Shown here: positions 17,686 through 26,945 of the stretch, piece by piece
How positions within the stretch are numbered: the stretch's first letter is position 1
Layout: the number at the start of each line of letters is the position of its first letter
From: a virus
Taxonomy: Duplodnaviria > Caudoviricetes
DNA length: 64,000 nt
IMG/VR virus record: IMGVR_UViG_3300012984_000010
Reading direction: 5' to 3' (one strand)
Made by a program: the position numbers and the translations under genes
Notes under the pieces: model-generated
The model's database searches: none
Seen by the model: only the letters and a program-made list of their open reading frames with translations
Told to the model about the DNA's origin: nothing

Positions 17686-18458
17686 CACGGACGATATTCA
17701 TTGGAGATGTACATGGTTGTCTGACAGAATTCTTGGAACTCATATGGCTCCTTGATCTGCAACCGGAAGACCAGGTGGTGTGCCTGGGGGATATGATGGA
17801 TAAGGGACCGTGTCCAGCGCCTTGCCTGTCGTTCGTCTACGCAGCGGCTTTCCACAACCCTAACTTCCGATCCATCAAGGGCAACCATGAGGAGCGTCAT
17901 GTCAGATGGCGTCGACATTGGGAGCGTGCTCAGACAGATTCCAAGTATGTTATACCGATGACTCGACCTATGACACCTCAAGATCAGGCAGCCAACTTGG
18001 AACTGGATCTTGGAGTCATCAATTGGGCGGCCAACCTACCTATCACATTGGAGCCAGTCAGCGGATGGTTGGCGGTTCATGGGGGATTACGACCCAACCT
18101 ACCATTGAGAAATCAACCAGAGGATGAGATCATTCGGCTTCGGTTGGTTGACAAGATTACAGGCAAGCACATTCCTACCGACTACGAGAAAGGTACGCCT
18201 CCACCAGAAGGTGCGGTCCATTGGACTGAACTCTATGATGGTTCATACAATGTAGTGTATGGCCACGAAGCCCATAGTCTATCCAAGCCTCGTGTGGATC
18301 ATCGCCCCCAGGGAGTTACCTGTTATGGGATCGATACGGGAGTGGTGCACGGCGGACATCTGACCGCTTTGGTGCTGGAGGGGTCAGATGTGAATTTCGT
18401 TCAGGTCAAGGCCAAAGCCGTGTACATGGAACCGCCACATGGACCGATCCCCGACTGA
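17682..18458 (+). CDS. Metallophosphoesterase (PrpA/ApaH-like)
   Basis: GDVHG, GDMMDKG, GNHE, VHGG, GHE, IDTG. Confidence 0.92.
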   Translation: MTRTIFIGDVHGCLTEFLELIWLLDLQPEDQVVCLGDMMDKGPCPAPCLSFVYAAAFHNPNFRSIKGNHEERHVRWRRHWERAQTDSKYVIPMTRPMTPQDQAANLELDLGVINWAANLPITLEPVSGWLAVHGGLRPNLPLRNQPEDEIIRLRLVDKITGKHIPTDYEKGTPPPEGAVHWTELYDGSYNVVYGHEAHSLSKPRVDHRPQGVTCYGIDTGVVHGGHLTALVLEGSDVNFVQVKAKAVYMEPPHGPIPD

Positions 18459-18460
18459 TG

Positions 18461-19027
18461 TTAGTCCTGATCCAGCTGATTAGTCGGGTCGAAATCTTTC
18501 AGCAATTTATTCTTCCGTAGCTTGAGCAGACAGTTTCTGAATTGAGGGTTATCCAGAGCCACCATACGGTATTTCTGGCTGACCCTCTTTTGCTGCACCC
18601 TGTTGATACATTCGGCACCACTCCAACCGTAGAGGAAATGCAGTGCTAGTGCCGAGACCAATCCAGAACGGTTGATGCCAGCAGCACACGTTACTAGTAC
18701 TTTCTGCCCTTGGTTGACTGCTTCCGCCACTTGTCGCCCCGCATCTACGGCTATTTGCAGCAAGTCTCGTGGGATCTTTTGAGTGTAATCGTCGCTGTTG
18801 GGGGCGTACAGGATCCGGACTCCAGGGTACTCCTCGGCCGGATCTTGCAATTCTTCTGCACAGAACACCAGCATATTGAAGCCAGCCTTCGCTACACTAG
18901 CTTGGACCTTTGGATAAGGACCTTGCCAGAGGTTGGGGACTATTTCGTCTGCCCCCAACCTCTGTAACTCAAGCTCGAAAGCTTTGATCTCAGTCTCCGC
19001 TACCTCTATCAATTTCTTGACGCTCAT
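18461..19027 (-). CDS. Dual-specificity/tyrosine phosphatase-like protein
   Basis: CX5R motif CAAGINRS. Confidence 0.88.
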   Translation of the reverse strand: MSVKKLIEVAETEIKAFELELQRLGADEIVPNLWQGPYPKVQASVAKAGFNMLVFCAEELQDPAEEYPGVRILYAPNSDDYTQKIPRDLLQIAVDAGRQVAEAVNQGQKVLVTCAAGINRSGLVSALALHFLYGWSGAECINRVQQKRVSQKYRMVALDNPQFRNCLLKLRKNKLLKDFDPTNQLDQD

Positions 19028-21005
19028 CTTTGATGTTCTCTTCCCTCAACGACTCAAGTTCAGCCTTGAAGCCACCTGAGAGGATGGGGAACCTACACCA
19101 GGAACGTGGGTCTAGATTCTTGCGGTCGACGTTGAATGCAGGAGCGTACCGCTCCCTCTTCCACTGATTCCGATACCAGAGTGTGAAGAACTTCTCGATG
19201 TGTCGAGCGATAGTCGGCTTGCTACCTTGGCTCTTCAGCGTTCTGTAGACTTCCAGCGGGCTCTTCTTTTCCAGAATCGCCAGGTCCTCAATCTGCTCCA
19301 GGACATCGTACGGCATCAAGTCCGTCTCGTCCGTTTGATTGCTTCCTGGGCGCAGTTCGGCGGTCGGCTGTTGGTTGACCACATGCTTCAAGCAGGGGTA
19401 GTCAAAGAAGGATTGGGTTCTCAACCACTTGAGGAGGAAAGCCTTTCCGATCCCTCCAATGGGGGCGATGCTACCAGAAGTGTCTCCATCCATGGTGCAA
19501 TAGCCAACCGCCGCCTCGGAACGATTGCTGGTTGTGATCAACAACTTCTGCTCGATGTTGGCCACCATCCAAATGCTAGGGGAACGCACTCGGGCCTGGA
19601 TGTTCTGAAGCGCCAAGTCGTCAGTCTCCCAGGACAGGTCTCTTCCCAACGCATGGGCGATCTTTTGCGTGTATTGGTCCACCAGCCCGTCTACGTCGAT
19701 GGCGAGGAACTTGGCCTCAATCCCCTCAGCCACCTTCCTGGCAGCCGTATAGGTCACCTCAGAGCTGTTCTTGGTGCTCTGATACATGCAGGTCAGGATC
19801 TGATTGAATTCGGTATCTGGAGGCAACCTTAAGTGCTTGAGTAATCCTTCTTGGCCGAAAGTATCACACCCTGTATTCCACATCATCTTCACCAAAACCG
19901 CACAAGCAGCGGAATCGGCGCCACCACTGAGAGAGATGACGAACCCTTTGGAATAGGCCTTCCGCATGTAGTCACATAGGGCCAGCGGAATCGCTAATGA
20001 GAAATCTTCAGCGTCCTCTGTGTCGGCTACTCCCAAATCACGGGTAGAAACACTTCCACTGAATTCAGGGATCTCTACAACACCGCGAACAGCCTGGATT
20101 TCGGACACATCTGGCATGAAACTAGCGGTGCTGGATTGTTTGGTCCTAGTAGCGTCGATATCAACCACGGCCGTCGTCAGAGTGACAGGCTTGAAGGAGA
20201 ACCGTTCCCCTCTGGCCACCATACTGCCGTTCGTAGCAATCAGGTTGCCCCCATCGTAGATGGCTCGGCCCGCCTCGTTACCTAGGAGATTGGCGTACAC
20301 GTACGTAACTCCAAAGGCCCTGGAACCCTCCAAGATGAAGCGTTGCCGTACCTGATATTTTCCGAAAGCAAAATGGCTGGCCGACGGGTTGAGGATCAGG
20401 TCCACCCCATGTTGAGAGAGTTTGACCCCAGGACGATTGGCCACCCAAGCATCTTCACAGATCTCGAAGCCAACACGGAAGGCCCTTCTATTTGTATCTT
20501 GTAGGTCAAAGTCGAACAGCAGGTCTCCGATTGGAATAGGGTGTTCAGCATCATCCTGAGATGAGTCGATTCTGCAGAAACCTGAAAGTACCTTCACGCC
20601 CGCCGGCCAGGGTTTGAACCAACGAGGTTCGTAGTGCAGACCGTCGCCCGCCAGATGTTGCTTGGCCACGAACCCCAGCACTTCTCCTGAATCAATCATG
20701 GCTGAGACGTTGTATAGGGCGTTCTGAAACAGGAAAGGGAGACCCACACAGACCTTCATCGAGATGTTGTGTGAATCCATGTATTCGGCAATCTCACGTA
20801 ATGTTTCCAGGGCCCTCTCTTGTACATCGTGTGAATGGAAGTGATCTTCACAACCATATCCAGTGATGCAGAGTTCCGGCAAACAGAGAATGTTGACGCC
20901 GGCCTCCTTTGCGGCATCGATGGCAGAGATGATGTTCTGGTAGTTACCTTCCCAATCGAGAGGGGTTTGATTTAGCGAAGCGGCGCCGACTTTGATGAGT
21001 TGCAT
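18990..21005 (-). CDS. nadE: Glutamine-dependent NAD+ synthetase
   Basis: CN-hydrolase domain (LPELCITGY, EICED) plus SLSGGADS, NIQAR.R, SEAAVGYCTMDGD, PTAEL. Confidence 0.95.
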   Translation of the reverse strand: MQLIKVGAASLNQTPLDWEGNYQNIISAIDAAKEAGVNILCLPELCITGYGCEDHFHSHDVQERALETLREIAEYMDSHNISMKVCVGLPFLFQNALYNVSAMIDSGEVLGFVAKQHLAGDGLHYEPRWFKPWPAGVKVLSGFCRIDSSQDDAEHPIPIGDLLFDFDLQDTNRRAFRVGFEICEDAWVANRPGVKLSQHGVDLILNPSASHFAFGKYQVRQRFILEGSRAFGVTYVYANLLGNEAGRAIYDGGNLIATNGSMVARGERFSFKPVTLTTAVVDIDATRTKQSSTASFMPDVSEIQAVRGVVEIPEFSGSVSTRDLGVADTEDAEDFSLAIPLALCDYMRKAYSKGFVISLSGGADSAACAVLVKMMWNTGCDTFGQEGLLKHLRLPPDTEFNQILTCMYQSTKNSSEVTYTAARKVAEGIEAKFLAIDVDGLVDQYTQKIAHALGRDLSWETDDLALQNIQARVRSPSIWMVANIEQKLLITTSNRSEAAVGYCTMDGDTSGSIAPIGGIGKAFLLKWLRTQSFFDYPCLKHVVNQQPTAELRPGSNQTDETDLMPYDVLEQIEDLAILEKKSPLEVYRTLKSQGSKPTIARHIEKFFTLWYRNQWKRERYAPAFNVDRKNLDPRSWCRFPILSGGFKAELESLREENIKDERQEIDRGSGD

Positions 21006-21008
21006 CGT

Positions 21009-22631
21009 TCAACCTTTCAAACACGCTTGAGCCAGCACTTCTTGCTTGCGTGCTCGGCATTGATTGATCAGACGTTGAGTTTCAGCAGAGAAGACTGGGG
21101 GTTCTCTTCTGATGCTACCTTGGTTCGGCGGCAGCACGTCGTCCGATTCCTTGTCGGTGAGAAGGTAGTAGGAATCGAGGGAGATCTGTTCTCCCTCTTG
21201 AGCGATGATGCTGGCCGGCATCCGATGAGCATCCACACCAGGGCGGATGCGCCAAATCACCGGCATGCCTGGAATTGATTCTTTGGCACTCTTGGGTTCA
21301 TCTCCGAACTTCATTGTTGAGAGACTACCACTCTGAGAAAGCTTCCACACCGCCGCCACATCGTCCCGTGAGAAAGTGGGCCACTCTGGCTTGGTGAAGT
21401 AGCCCCCATATCCGTACGCTTGTCGATCCATCGGCCATCGAACCTGCTTACGCAATTCTTCGAATTCGACCGTCAGTTCCTTGTTCCAACCGCTCTCAAG
21501 AGCTAGACGAGGCTCCAACCCTTTCTCCCTCGCCAACGCGACCGTGTAGGTGTAATGACTGCGGACGTTGGCTTCCGAGTCGAACCGGATCCCCGCATCA
21601 CGTCCGGGGTCTTCCGCGATCACCCGCAACGCACTGGGAACGCCAGACATGAGGGTACTGGTGGTGTCGGGCAGGTAGAAGAGAAAGCCTGGAAACCGGT
21701 CTTTCATCGCCGTATAGGCGGCGTAATCGTCGAGATTGAACCGCTGTGGGTGTTCGTGACCCATCGTTCCGACTGGGATCATGTTGAGTTTTTGAGCCAA
21801 CTCAACGTTAGAGGTACGCAGCACACCCGCGTCCTTGATGGCCTTGAGCACAATCTCATGTTGCTCTGAACACGAGACTCCTCGCATTCCGACCTCGAAC
21901 AAGCGATCAGGGTTTTCCACGATACCTACCAGTTCTTTGGCACGTCGGTAAACCCACTCGTAATAAGCCTGCTCACGAACCTCGATATTGAATTGAGGTA
22001 GGAGTTTGATCTTGGATCCTAGGTCGATTGCTAGAGAATCCAGCGTTTCCAGGATGATGTCCTTTTCTCGCTGACAGGTGGCGAATCGAATACGCTCAGC
22101 CAGCTCGGCAGTCTTCCCCGCCTTGTAGAGTGTCGCGAGCTGGATTCGAAAGTTTAGCTGGAGAGCGGTAGGTTCCAACCAGCTTGAAACCGCACTAGGG
22201 CCCTTGGCGAAAAAAGCTGGCTCCCGATTGTAGAACCAGGAACCCTTCGGGACTGAACTGATGCGTAGATTGTCCTTGAGGGAGAAAGCCTTACGAAAAC
22301 CAGCACCTACCTCATAGTTGTGTTGGCTCAAGTAATCGTAATCGGTAGGATCGTTGATCACGTCAGGTAGGAGGTCTTTCACGAACTTCTTGACATCTAC
22401 CGGCATGTAGTGCCAACCATTGACCCCGCCCTTGCGGTGTGAGTAGCCGAAAGTCTCCTCGCGAAGGGCAAAGCCCGCCTCAGCCATCGAAATCTTGTAT
22501 GCGTCTGTACGTAGCAATTTGGTCATGACCAACATTACACCAAATAATCTGATTTTCCGGCAGGAATCTGCTCTTAAGATCCTGATCCCTATGACCGTAG
22601 GTACATGTGACGGCACTGAAATGCCGTCCAC
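21009..22631 (-). CDS. pncB: Nicotinate/nicotinamide phosphoribosyltransferase
   Basis: LRTDAYK.SM, GTMGHE, PDT, GIRFDS. Confidence 0.75.
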   Translation of the reverse strand: MDGISVPSHVPTVIGIRILRADSCRKIRLFGVMLVMTKLLRTDAYKISMAEAGFALREETFGYSHRKGGVNGWHYMPVDVKKFVKDLLPDVINDPTDYDYLSQHNYEVGAGFRKAFSLKDNLRISSVPKGSWFYNREPAFFAKGPSAVSSWLEPTALQLNFRIQLATLYKAGKTAELAERIRFATCQREKDIILETLDSLAIDLGSKIKLLPQFNIEVREQAYYEWVYRRAKELVGIVENPDRLFEVGMRGVSCSEQHEIVLKAIKDAGVLRTSNVELAQKLNMIPVGTMGHEHPQRFNLDDYAAYTAMKDRFPGFLFYLPDTTSTLMSGVPSALRVIAEDPGRDAGIRFDSEANVRSHYTYTVALAREKGLEPRLALESGWNKELTVEFEELRKQVRWPMDRQAYGYGGYFTKPEWPTFSRDDVAAVWKLSQSGSLSTMKFGDEPKSAKESIPGMPVIWRIRPGVDAHRMPASIIAQEGEQISLDSYYLLTDKESDDVLPPNQGSIRREPPVFSAETQRLINQCRARKQEVLAQACLKG

Positions 22632-22649
22632 AACAGAAAGAAGATACCG

Positions 22650-22862
22650 TTGTCACATAGAGTTGAATCAAATAGCGACTTTCGTAAGATACTAGACGCC
22701 GCCAAGGCTCAAGGTTGGGTGACCGAACACACCAAGAAAGGACATTGGAAGTTCATGGCTCCCAACGGCAAGGACATGGTTCACACTGCCGGTTCGCCCA
22801 GCGACATGCGGGCCATCCGGAACTTCACGGCCCGTTTGCGTCAACGAGGATTGCGGATATGA
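22650..22862 (+). CDS. HicA-like dsRBD-fold protein
   Basis: GW...TKKGHWKF..P.G...V....PSD.RA..N...L...G. Confidence 0.7.
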   Translation: MSHRVESNSDFRKILDAAKAQGWVTEHTKKGHWKFMAPNGKDMVHTAGSPSDMRAIRNFTARLRQRGLRI

Positions 22863-23233
22863 AATGGGATATCGACAAGGCTTTGAAGGCCTTGGAAGAC
22901 GGCAGCCGTATCTCAGGTACGACCGTCAGCAGAATTCAGATCTCAGGAGAAGACCACGCTCTAAAGTTCGGGATCCGTTTCACGGCGGCCGAACGGGAGA
23001 GAGGGTGCGCTTTCGTGTGGTGTTTGGCGTTAGGCATCATACAGCTACCGAAGCTGTTCTTCTACGACCGTGAGATCCACGGCGCATACATCAAGGCCAA
23101 GAAGGCTATCAAGAATCTCTCCGACGATGAACTGCTGTACTACGCCCTCCGAAAGCCCAGGCGGAGCAACAGCTTCATGGCGGCCAAAAGCCTGAAGAAA
23201 CGAAAGCCAAAGGCTCCGTCCGCTTCGGTGTAA
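22859..23233 (+). CDS. Hypothetical protein
   Basis: ATGA overlap with HicA-like stop. Confidence 0.65.
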   Translation: MKWDIDKALKALEDGSRISGTTVSRIQISGEDHALKFGIRFTAAERERGCAFVWCLALGIIQLPKLFFYDREIHGAYIKAKKAIKNLSDDELLYYALRKPRRSNSFMAAKSLKKRKPKAPSASV

Positions 23234-23242
23234 TACCGGAGC

Positions 23243-24202
23243 ATGAGACCAGCAACGCTTACAGGATTGGCTGTGGGGGATTCATTAGGAATGCCCTTTG
23301 AGACACACCACTTCACTTCTGAGGCGTTGCTGGCTTGGGACGGAACCTTCCAGTCGGGCGCCACCAACACCATCCAGCCCAATCTTCGGCCAGGTCAGTG
23401 GACCGATGATACCAAGATGGCGTTGGCGTTGGCCAACAGCCTGATCAGCAGTGAGACCTATGACCCTATCGGGGCTACTCAACACTACATCGAGTGGTAC
23501 GACTCTAACGACCACCGAGGGATGGGTAAAGCTACCAAAGAAGCTTTAGAACGAATCATCCAAGGTCATCATTGGATGAACTCTGGTGTCAAATCACAGG
23601 GTAACGGAACGGCTATGAGGGTGGCCCCTTTGGGGTTGTTCTACCATCATAGCCCAGAGGCTGCTGCTGCTGCTGCTCGTATTGATGCCAGAATCACCCA
23701 CAACTCCCAGCTTTCAATTGAGGGTTCGGTCATTGTGGCGGTGGCGGTGGCGATTTTGGCCAGTGGTGCTCCTAAGGTGGTTGATTCTGCAGATGGGGAT
23801 CATGACTTGATTCGCCGAGTCTTGTATTACTCAGAAACCTGTGCTCTGTGGGATCGACTGGTAGACGTCAGGGAATGTGTTGAAGAACTCCCCGCAGATC
23901 CTACCGATAGACTCAAAGCTTCAATGAAAACCCTTTTGGAGATGGGGACTGGAGCACACGTATTGCAGACCGTGCCCGCCGCTTTTCTCTGCTTCCTGGC
24001 TACCAGTAGCTTTGCAGAAGCGGTCGATTTGGCGGTCCGAGTAGGCGGAGATACCGACACCACCGCCGCCATCACAGGAGCGTTGGCAGGGACGTTTTAC
24101 GGTACTGAACAGGTCAAACCCTATTTGGGTGTGTTGGAAGAAGCTGCTCTGTTGAGCCATTTGGAGAACAGGCTTTTTCTATCCGCTCCCAGAATCCCCT
24201 GA
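23243..24202 (+). CDS. ADP-ribosylglycohydrolase (DraG/ARH family)
   Basis: GDSLG, WTDDT, GNGTAMR, GGDTDT. Confidence 0.93.
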   Translation: MRPATLTGLAVGDSLGMPFETHHFTSEALLAWDGTFQSGATNTIQPNLRPGQWTDDTKMALALANSLISSETYDPIGATQHYIEWYDSNDHRGMGKATKEALERIIQGHHWMNSGVKSQGNGTAMRVAPLGLFYHHSPEAAAAAARIDARITHNSQLSIEGSVIVAVAVAILASGAPKVVDSADGDHDLIRRVLYYSETCALWDRLVDVRECVEELPADPTDRLKASMKTLLEMGTGAHVLQTVPAAFLCFLATSSFAEAVDLAVRVGGDTDTTAAITGALAGTFYGTEQVKPYLGVLEEAALLSHLENRLFLSAPRIP

Positions 24203-24230
24203 CCACGGACCTCGGTGTATAAGCTTGGAT

Positions 24231-24545
24231 ATGTCTAACACCATTCAAGAAATCAAACCCCTACACGACAACGTATTGATCCAGGTTATCGAGAGGGAGG
24301 GGGTGTCGAAAGGAGGGATTTACATTCCTCCTACCGCTAAGGATCATGAACTTTCTTGGAGAGCTTCAGTGATTGCAGTAGGTCCGGGACGTCTCCTTGA
24401 GAACGGTCGTCGGGTGGAACCTAACGTTCGTGTAGGTGAAACAGTACTGTTGGGCAAGTACATGGGTACTGAGCTGGAGATTGAAGGTATCAAGTACGTG
24501 ATAGTCAAGGAAGAACATATCCTTGGCGTCGAAGAGACTGCCTGA
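24231..24545 (+). CDS. groES: Co-chaperonin GroES
   Basis: IKPLHDNVLI...SKGGIYIP...AVGPG...V.VG..VL.GKY.G.E. Confidence 0.95.
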   Translation: MSNTIQEIKPLHDNVLIQVIEREGVSKGGIYIPPTAKDHELSWRASVIAVGPGRLLENGRRVEPNVRVGETVLLGKYMGTELEIEGIKYVIVKEEHILGVEETA

Positions 24546-24784
24546 TGCCATCATTGGATTCCGATCTAGAGACGATGAATCGGGCAGCCTTGCTGACCGA
24601 GATCAAGAAACTCAGGGCAGGAATCCGCAAACACAGGGACGCTACCGGCCATAACTTGTGTTGGTACGTCCCTGAGCTCTGGAATCTGTTACCTGAGAAA
24701 GTTGACCCGAATCCGGAGATCCCACCTCGGGATGAATTTCTCAGGTGTTGCGCTGAATACAGAAAGTCCTTGGGAAATCCGTAA
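24545..24784 (+). CDS. Hypothetical protein
   Basis: Coupled ORF, RKHRD..GH.LCW..PELW.LLPE. Confidence 0.65.
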   Translation: MPSLDSDLETMNRAALLTEIKKLRAGIRKHRDATGHNLCWYVPELWNLLPEKVDPNPEIPPRDEFLRCCAEYRKSLGNP

Positions 24785-25092
24785 TGTCGAACCCCTATGT
24801 AGGCCGTCCTGTGATGGAGGCCAGAAGCTTCGCCCTGACCTCTGAGCTATCGTCTGCTAGGGGTTATAGTTTCTCAGCCACTACGTCAGGTAGTCCAAAA
24901 CGCTGCCCTTGCAAGTATTGCGGTCAGAAGCATCCCAATACTTTGATGGCTGTGTTTTGTTGTCTGTTCGCACCTAGTCCAACGGGTTGGTGTGCTTGGT
25001 GTGGAGAAGAAGTGGGGTTCAGGTGTAGAAGTTTTTGCACAATCGCTTGTGCACACTCTTTCCGTGAAGATGTGTTGATTAGCCGAAAACGC

Positions 25093-25164
25093 GGGGGCGT
25101 AGCTCAGCGGTAGAGCAAGGGATTCTAAAACCCTAGGCCGTGGGTTCGAATCCCACTGTCCCCT
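25093..25164 (+). tRNA. Amber suppressor tRNA (CUA), short variable loop, U73
   Basis: GGGGGCG/TGTCCCC; AGGGA-TTCTAAA-ACCCT with CTA at 25125-25127; T-arm GTGGG-TTCGAAT-CCCAC. Confidence 0.9.
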
Positions 25165-25169
25165 CTCAA

Positions 25170-25260
25170 GCCTTCGTCGCTCAGCGGCCAGAGCAGCAGA
25201 TTCTAAAACTGCGTGAGTCCTCATGGATGAAGATCGTGGGTTCGAGTCCCACCGAAGGCA
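25170..25260 (+). tRNA. Amber suppressor tRNA (CUA), long variable arm, A73 (Leu-like)
   Basis: GCCTTCG/CGAAGGC-A; GCAGA-TTCTAAA-ACTGC with CTA at 25203-25205; 23-nt variable region. Confidence 0.88.
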
Positions 25261-25262
25261 CC

Positions 25263-25589
25263 CTAGGTAAGAGCCAGTGACAACCCTCTGCAAAGCTTCT
25301 TGGCAGCAGGACCCAGCAACGCAACTGCCGTGAGTTCGTTGTTTCGGTCTGGTTCATTGAACGATGCCGAGAATATGTTCCGCATCTAAGCCTTGTCCAG
25401 AAGCACTTTAAGTGTAGGTTCGTCCTCCACTACCAGAAAGGCCAGTGTGTTGGAATCGTGGTACCACTCTTTGAACGGTTCAGGGTGCTGCATACTTAGC
25501 TCTGTCAGCGCGTGAGCCGACTGAACAGCTTGTTGTCCAGGCGACAAGTCAACCCTGGTGATCAGGTACAGTTTAGAGGAGGGTTTCAT
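25263..25589 (-). CDS. PTH2-like peptidyl-tRNA hydrolase with in-frame TAG at 25386-25388
   Basis: KLYLITRVDLSPGQQAVQSAHA ... LLDKA*MRNIFSASFNEPDRNNELTAVALLGP; the domain continues past TAG to give 108 codons. Confidence 0.8.
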
Positions 25590-26040
25590 TTTCCCAAAAG
25601 GATTCGTGCTCTTGGAACGAATCCTCCAATCGTCTGAGGGCCTCTTGCTTCTGTTTGGTGAAATGGTCGGACACCATCTGGATGATGTTCGGAGGTACGC
25701 CGTCCATCTCCAGAGTTTCTTTCCAATGAGCCTTAGGGGTATCCCCATAGGTGCTCTTTTCTCCAACCACGTAACTGCTTTTGCTGCTGTATACTCGACC
25801 TAGATCAGTATCGAGGTACAGATAGAGCCTCAACATGGCGTCAGAGCAGCAGCCACAGCTGTGACGGAGTTCCGCCTCGGTCGCCACCACAGCCGATGAG
25901 ATCAACCTTTCCCATCTGTGTCGATCCGTAACTTTGGCCAGATCTGGGAAACGACTTCTAAGCTGTTCAAGGCGAGCTGCTTCGGCTAGGCTGGCCGTCG
26001 CCTCTTTCTTCAGTCGTTCGATCTCTTTTTCGACGCTCAC
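25573..26040 (-). CDS. Hypothetical protein (amber-gated operon)
   Basis: 155-aa ORF, HSCGCC motif, GTGA-coupled. Confidence 0.7.
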   Translation of the reverse strand: MSVEKEIERLKKEATASLAEAARLEQLRSRFPDLAKVTDRHRWERLISSAVVATEAELRHSCGCCSDAMLRLYLYLDTDLGRVYSSKSSYVVGEKSTYGDTPKAHWKETLEMDGVPPNIIQMVSDHFTKQKQEALRRLEDSFQEHESFWENETLL

Positions 26041-26945
26041 GAGACACCTCCCAAAAGAGCCTTGGCGTACTGTAGGGCGTCACGAATCTTCTCCACATAA
26101 TGTCCTGAGAAGATCTCACTACGATGGGTAACCCCATCCTTGTAGATCACCAGCTTGACCGGTCCGGTCTTGACCGCCCATTCAAAGTCAATCGTGTAAG
26201 GCTGGGTAGGAGTCTTGGAAGCAATCCGCTTGCAGAATCGGCTCTCTTCTAGCTTGAGTTCTGGGGCCCACCCTTCGTAGGTCCAACCAATACCATGGTT
26301 CTTCTCAGGGTTGAAGATAGGGTCTTTCAGCCCTTCAACGAAGGCTAGGTAGAGAGGGTCGTTGTTGAAGAAGTCGGTCCACCAAAGGTCAGACTCTCGG
26401 CGACGATTGGCCCTATTGCGTGTCTCCTCAGCCGAGACCCATAGCTTATCGGCCTCATCGTCTGAGATCATGTCGTACAGCAAATCCTCTTCATTGAAGT
26501 GAATCCGCCCCCACCACGCCACCACCTCATTGTTCGAGAAGTCTAGTGTGGGTCTTTCTTTGGCTCGCTTGTAGTAGCCCTCTGAGTCTTTCTGGTGAGC
26601 ACCCAAAGCTCTCTTCCCACTCTCATCGTAATCGCAATGAGTCCCTACGCTCTCCTGGAAGTCTCGATGACGTCGATACAGTTCTCCGATCTGTTCATCT
26701 TCGAGCCGAACGATTGCGAAGTTGCGGCCAGTCAGATGTCCCTCTTCAACATCTGAGCTCAAACCTACTACTCCGTCCAACACGCATTCGAACCAATGTT
26801 CGTGACCTCCCATCAGGATGACACCAGACAATACCCCATCCCAATAACTGCAGTGCCACAACATCTTGAAATCGACGTCTCGCTTCTTGTGGGGCAGGTC
26901 TCGGATGAGACGGAAGTCGGACTTTGCCTCAGCCAGAGTGGTCAT
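26037..26945 (-). CDS. Hypothetical protein (amber-gated operon)
   Basis: 302-aa coupled ORF. Confidence 0.7.
   Translation of the reverse strand: MTTLAEAKSDFRLIRDLPHKKRDVDFKMLWHCSYWDGVLSGVILMGGHEHWFECVLDGVVGLSSDVEEGHLTGRNFAIVRLEDEQIGELYRRHRDFQESVGTHCDYDESGKRALGAHQKDSEGYYKRAKERPTLDFSNNEVVAWWGRIHFNEEDLLYDMISDDEADKLWVSAEETRNRANRRRESDLWWTDFFNNDPLYLAFVEGLKDPIFNPEKNHGIGWTYEGWAPELKLEESRFCKRIASKTPTQPYTIDFEWAVKTGPVKLVIYKDGVTHRSEIFSGHYVEKIRDALQYAKALLGGVS

Noticed and set aside
25093-25260. tRNA-Pyl identity for the CUA tRNAs
   Set aside because: They have canonical D-loop GG, TTCG T-loops and standard stem lengths, and no pylS/pylBCD is present in the window.
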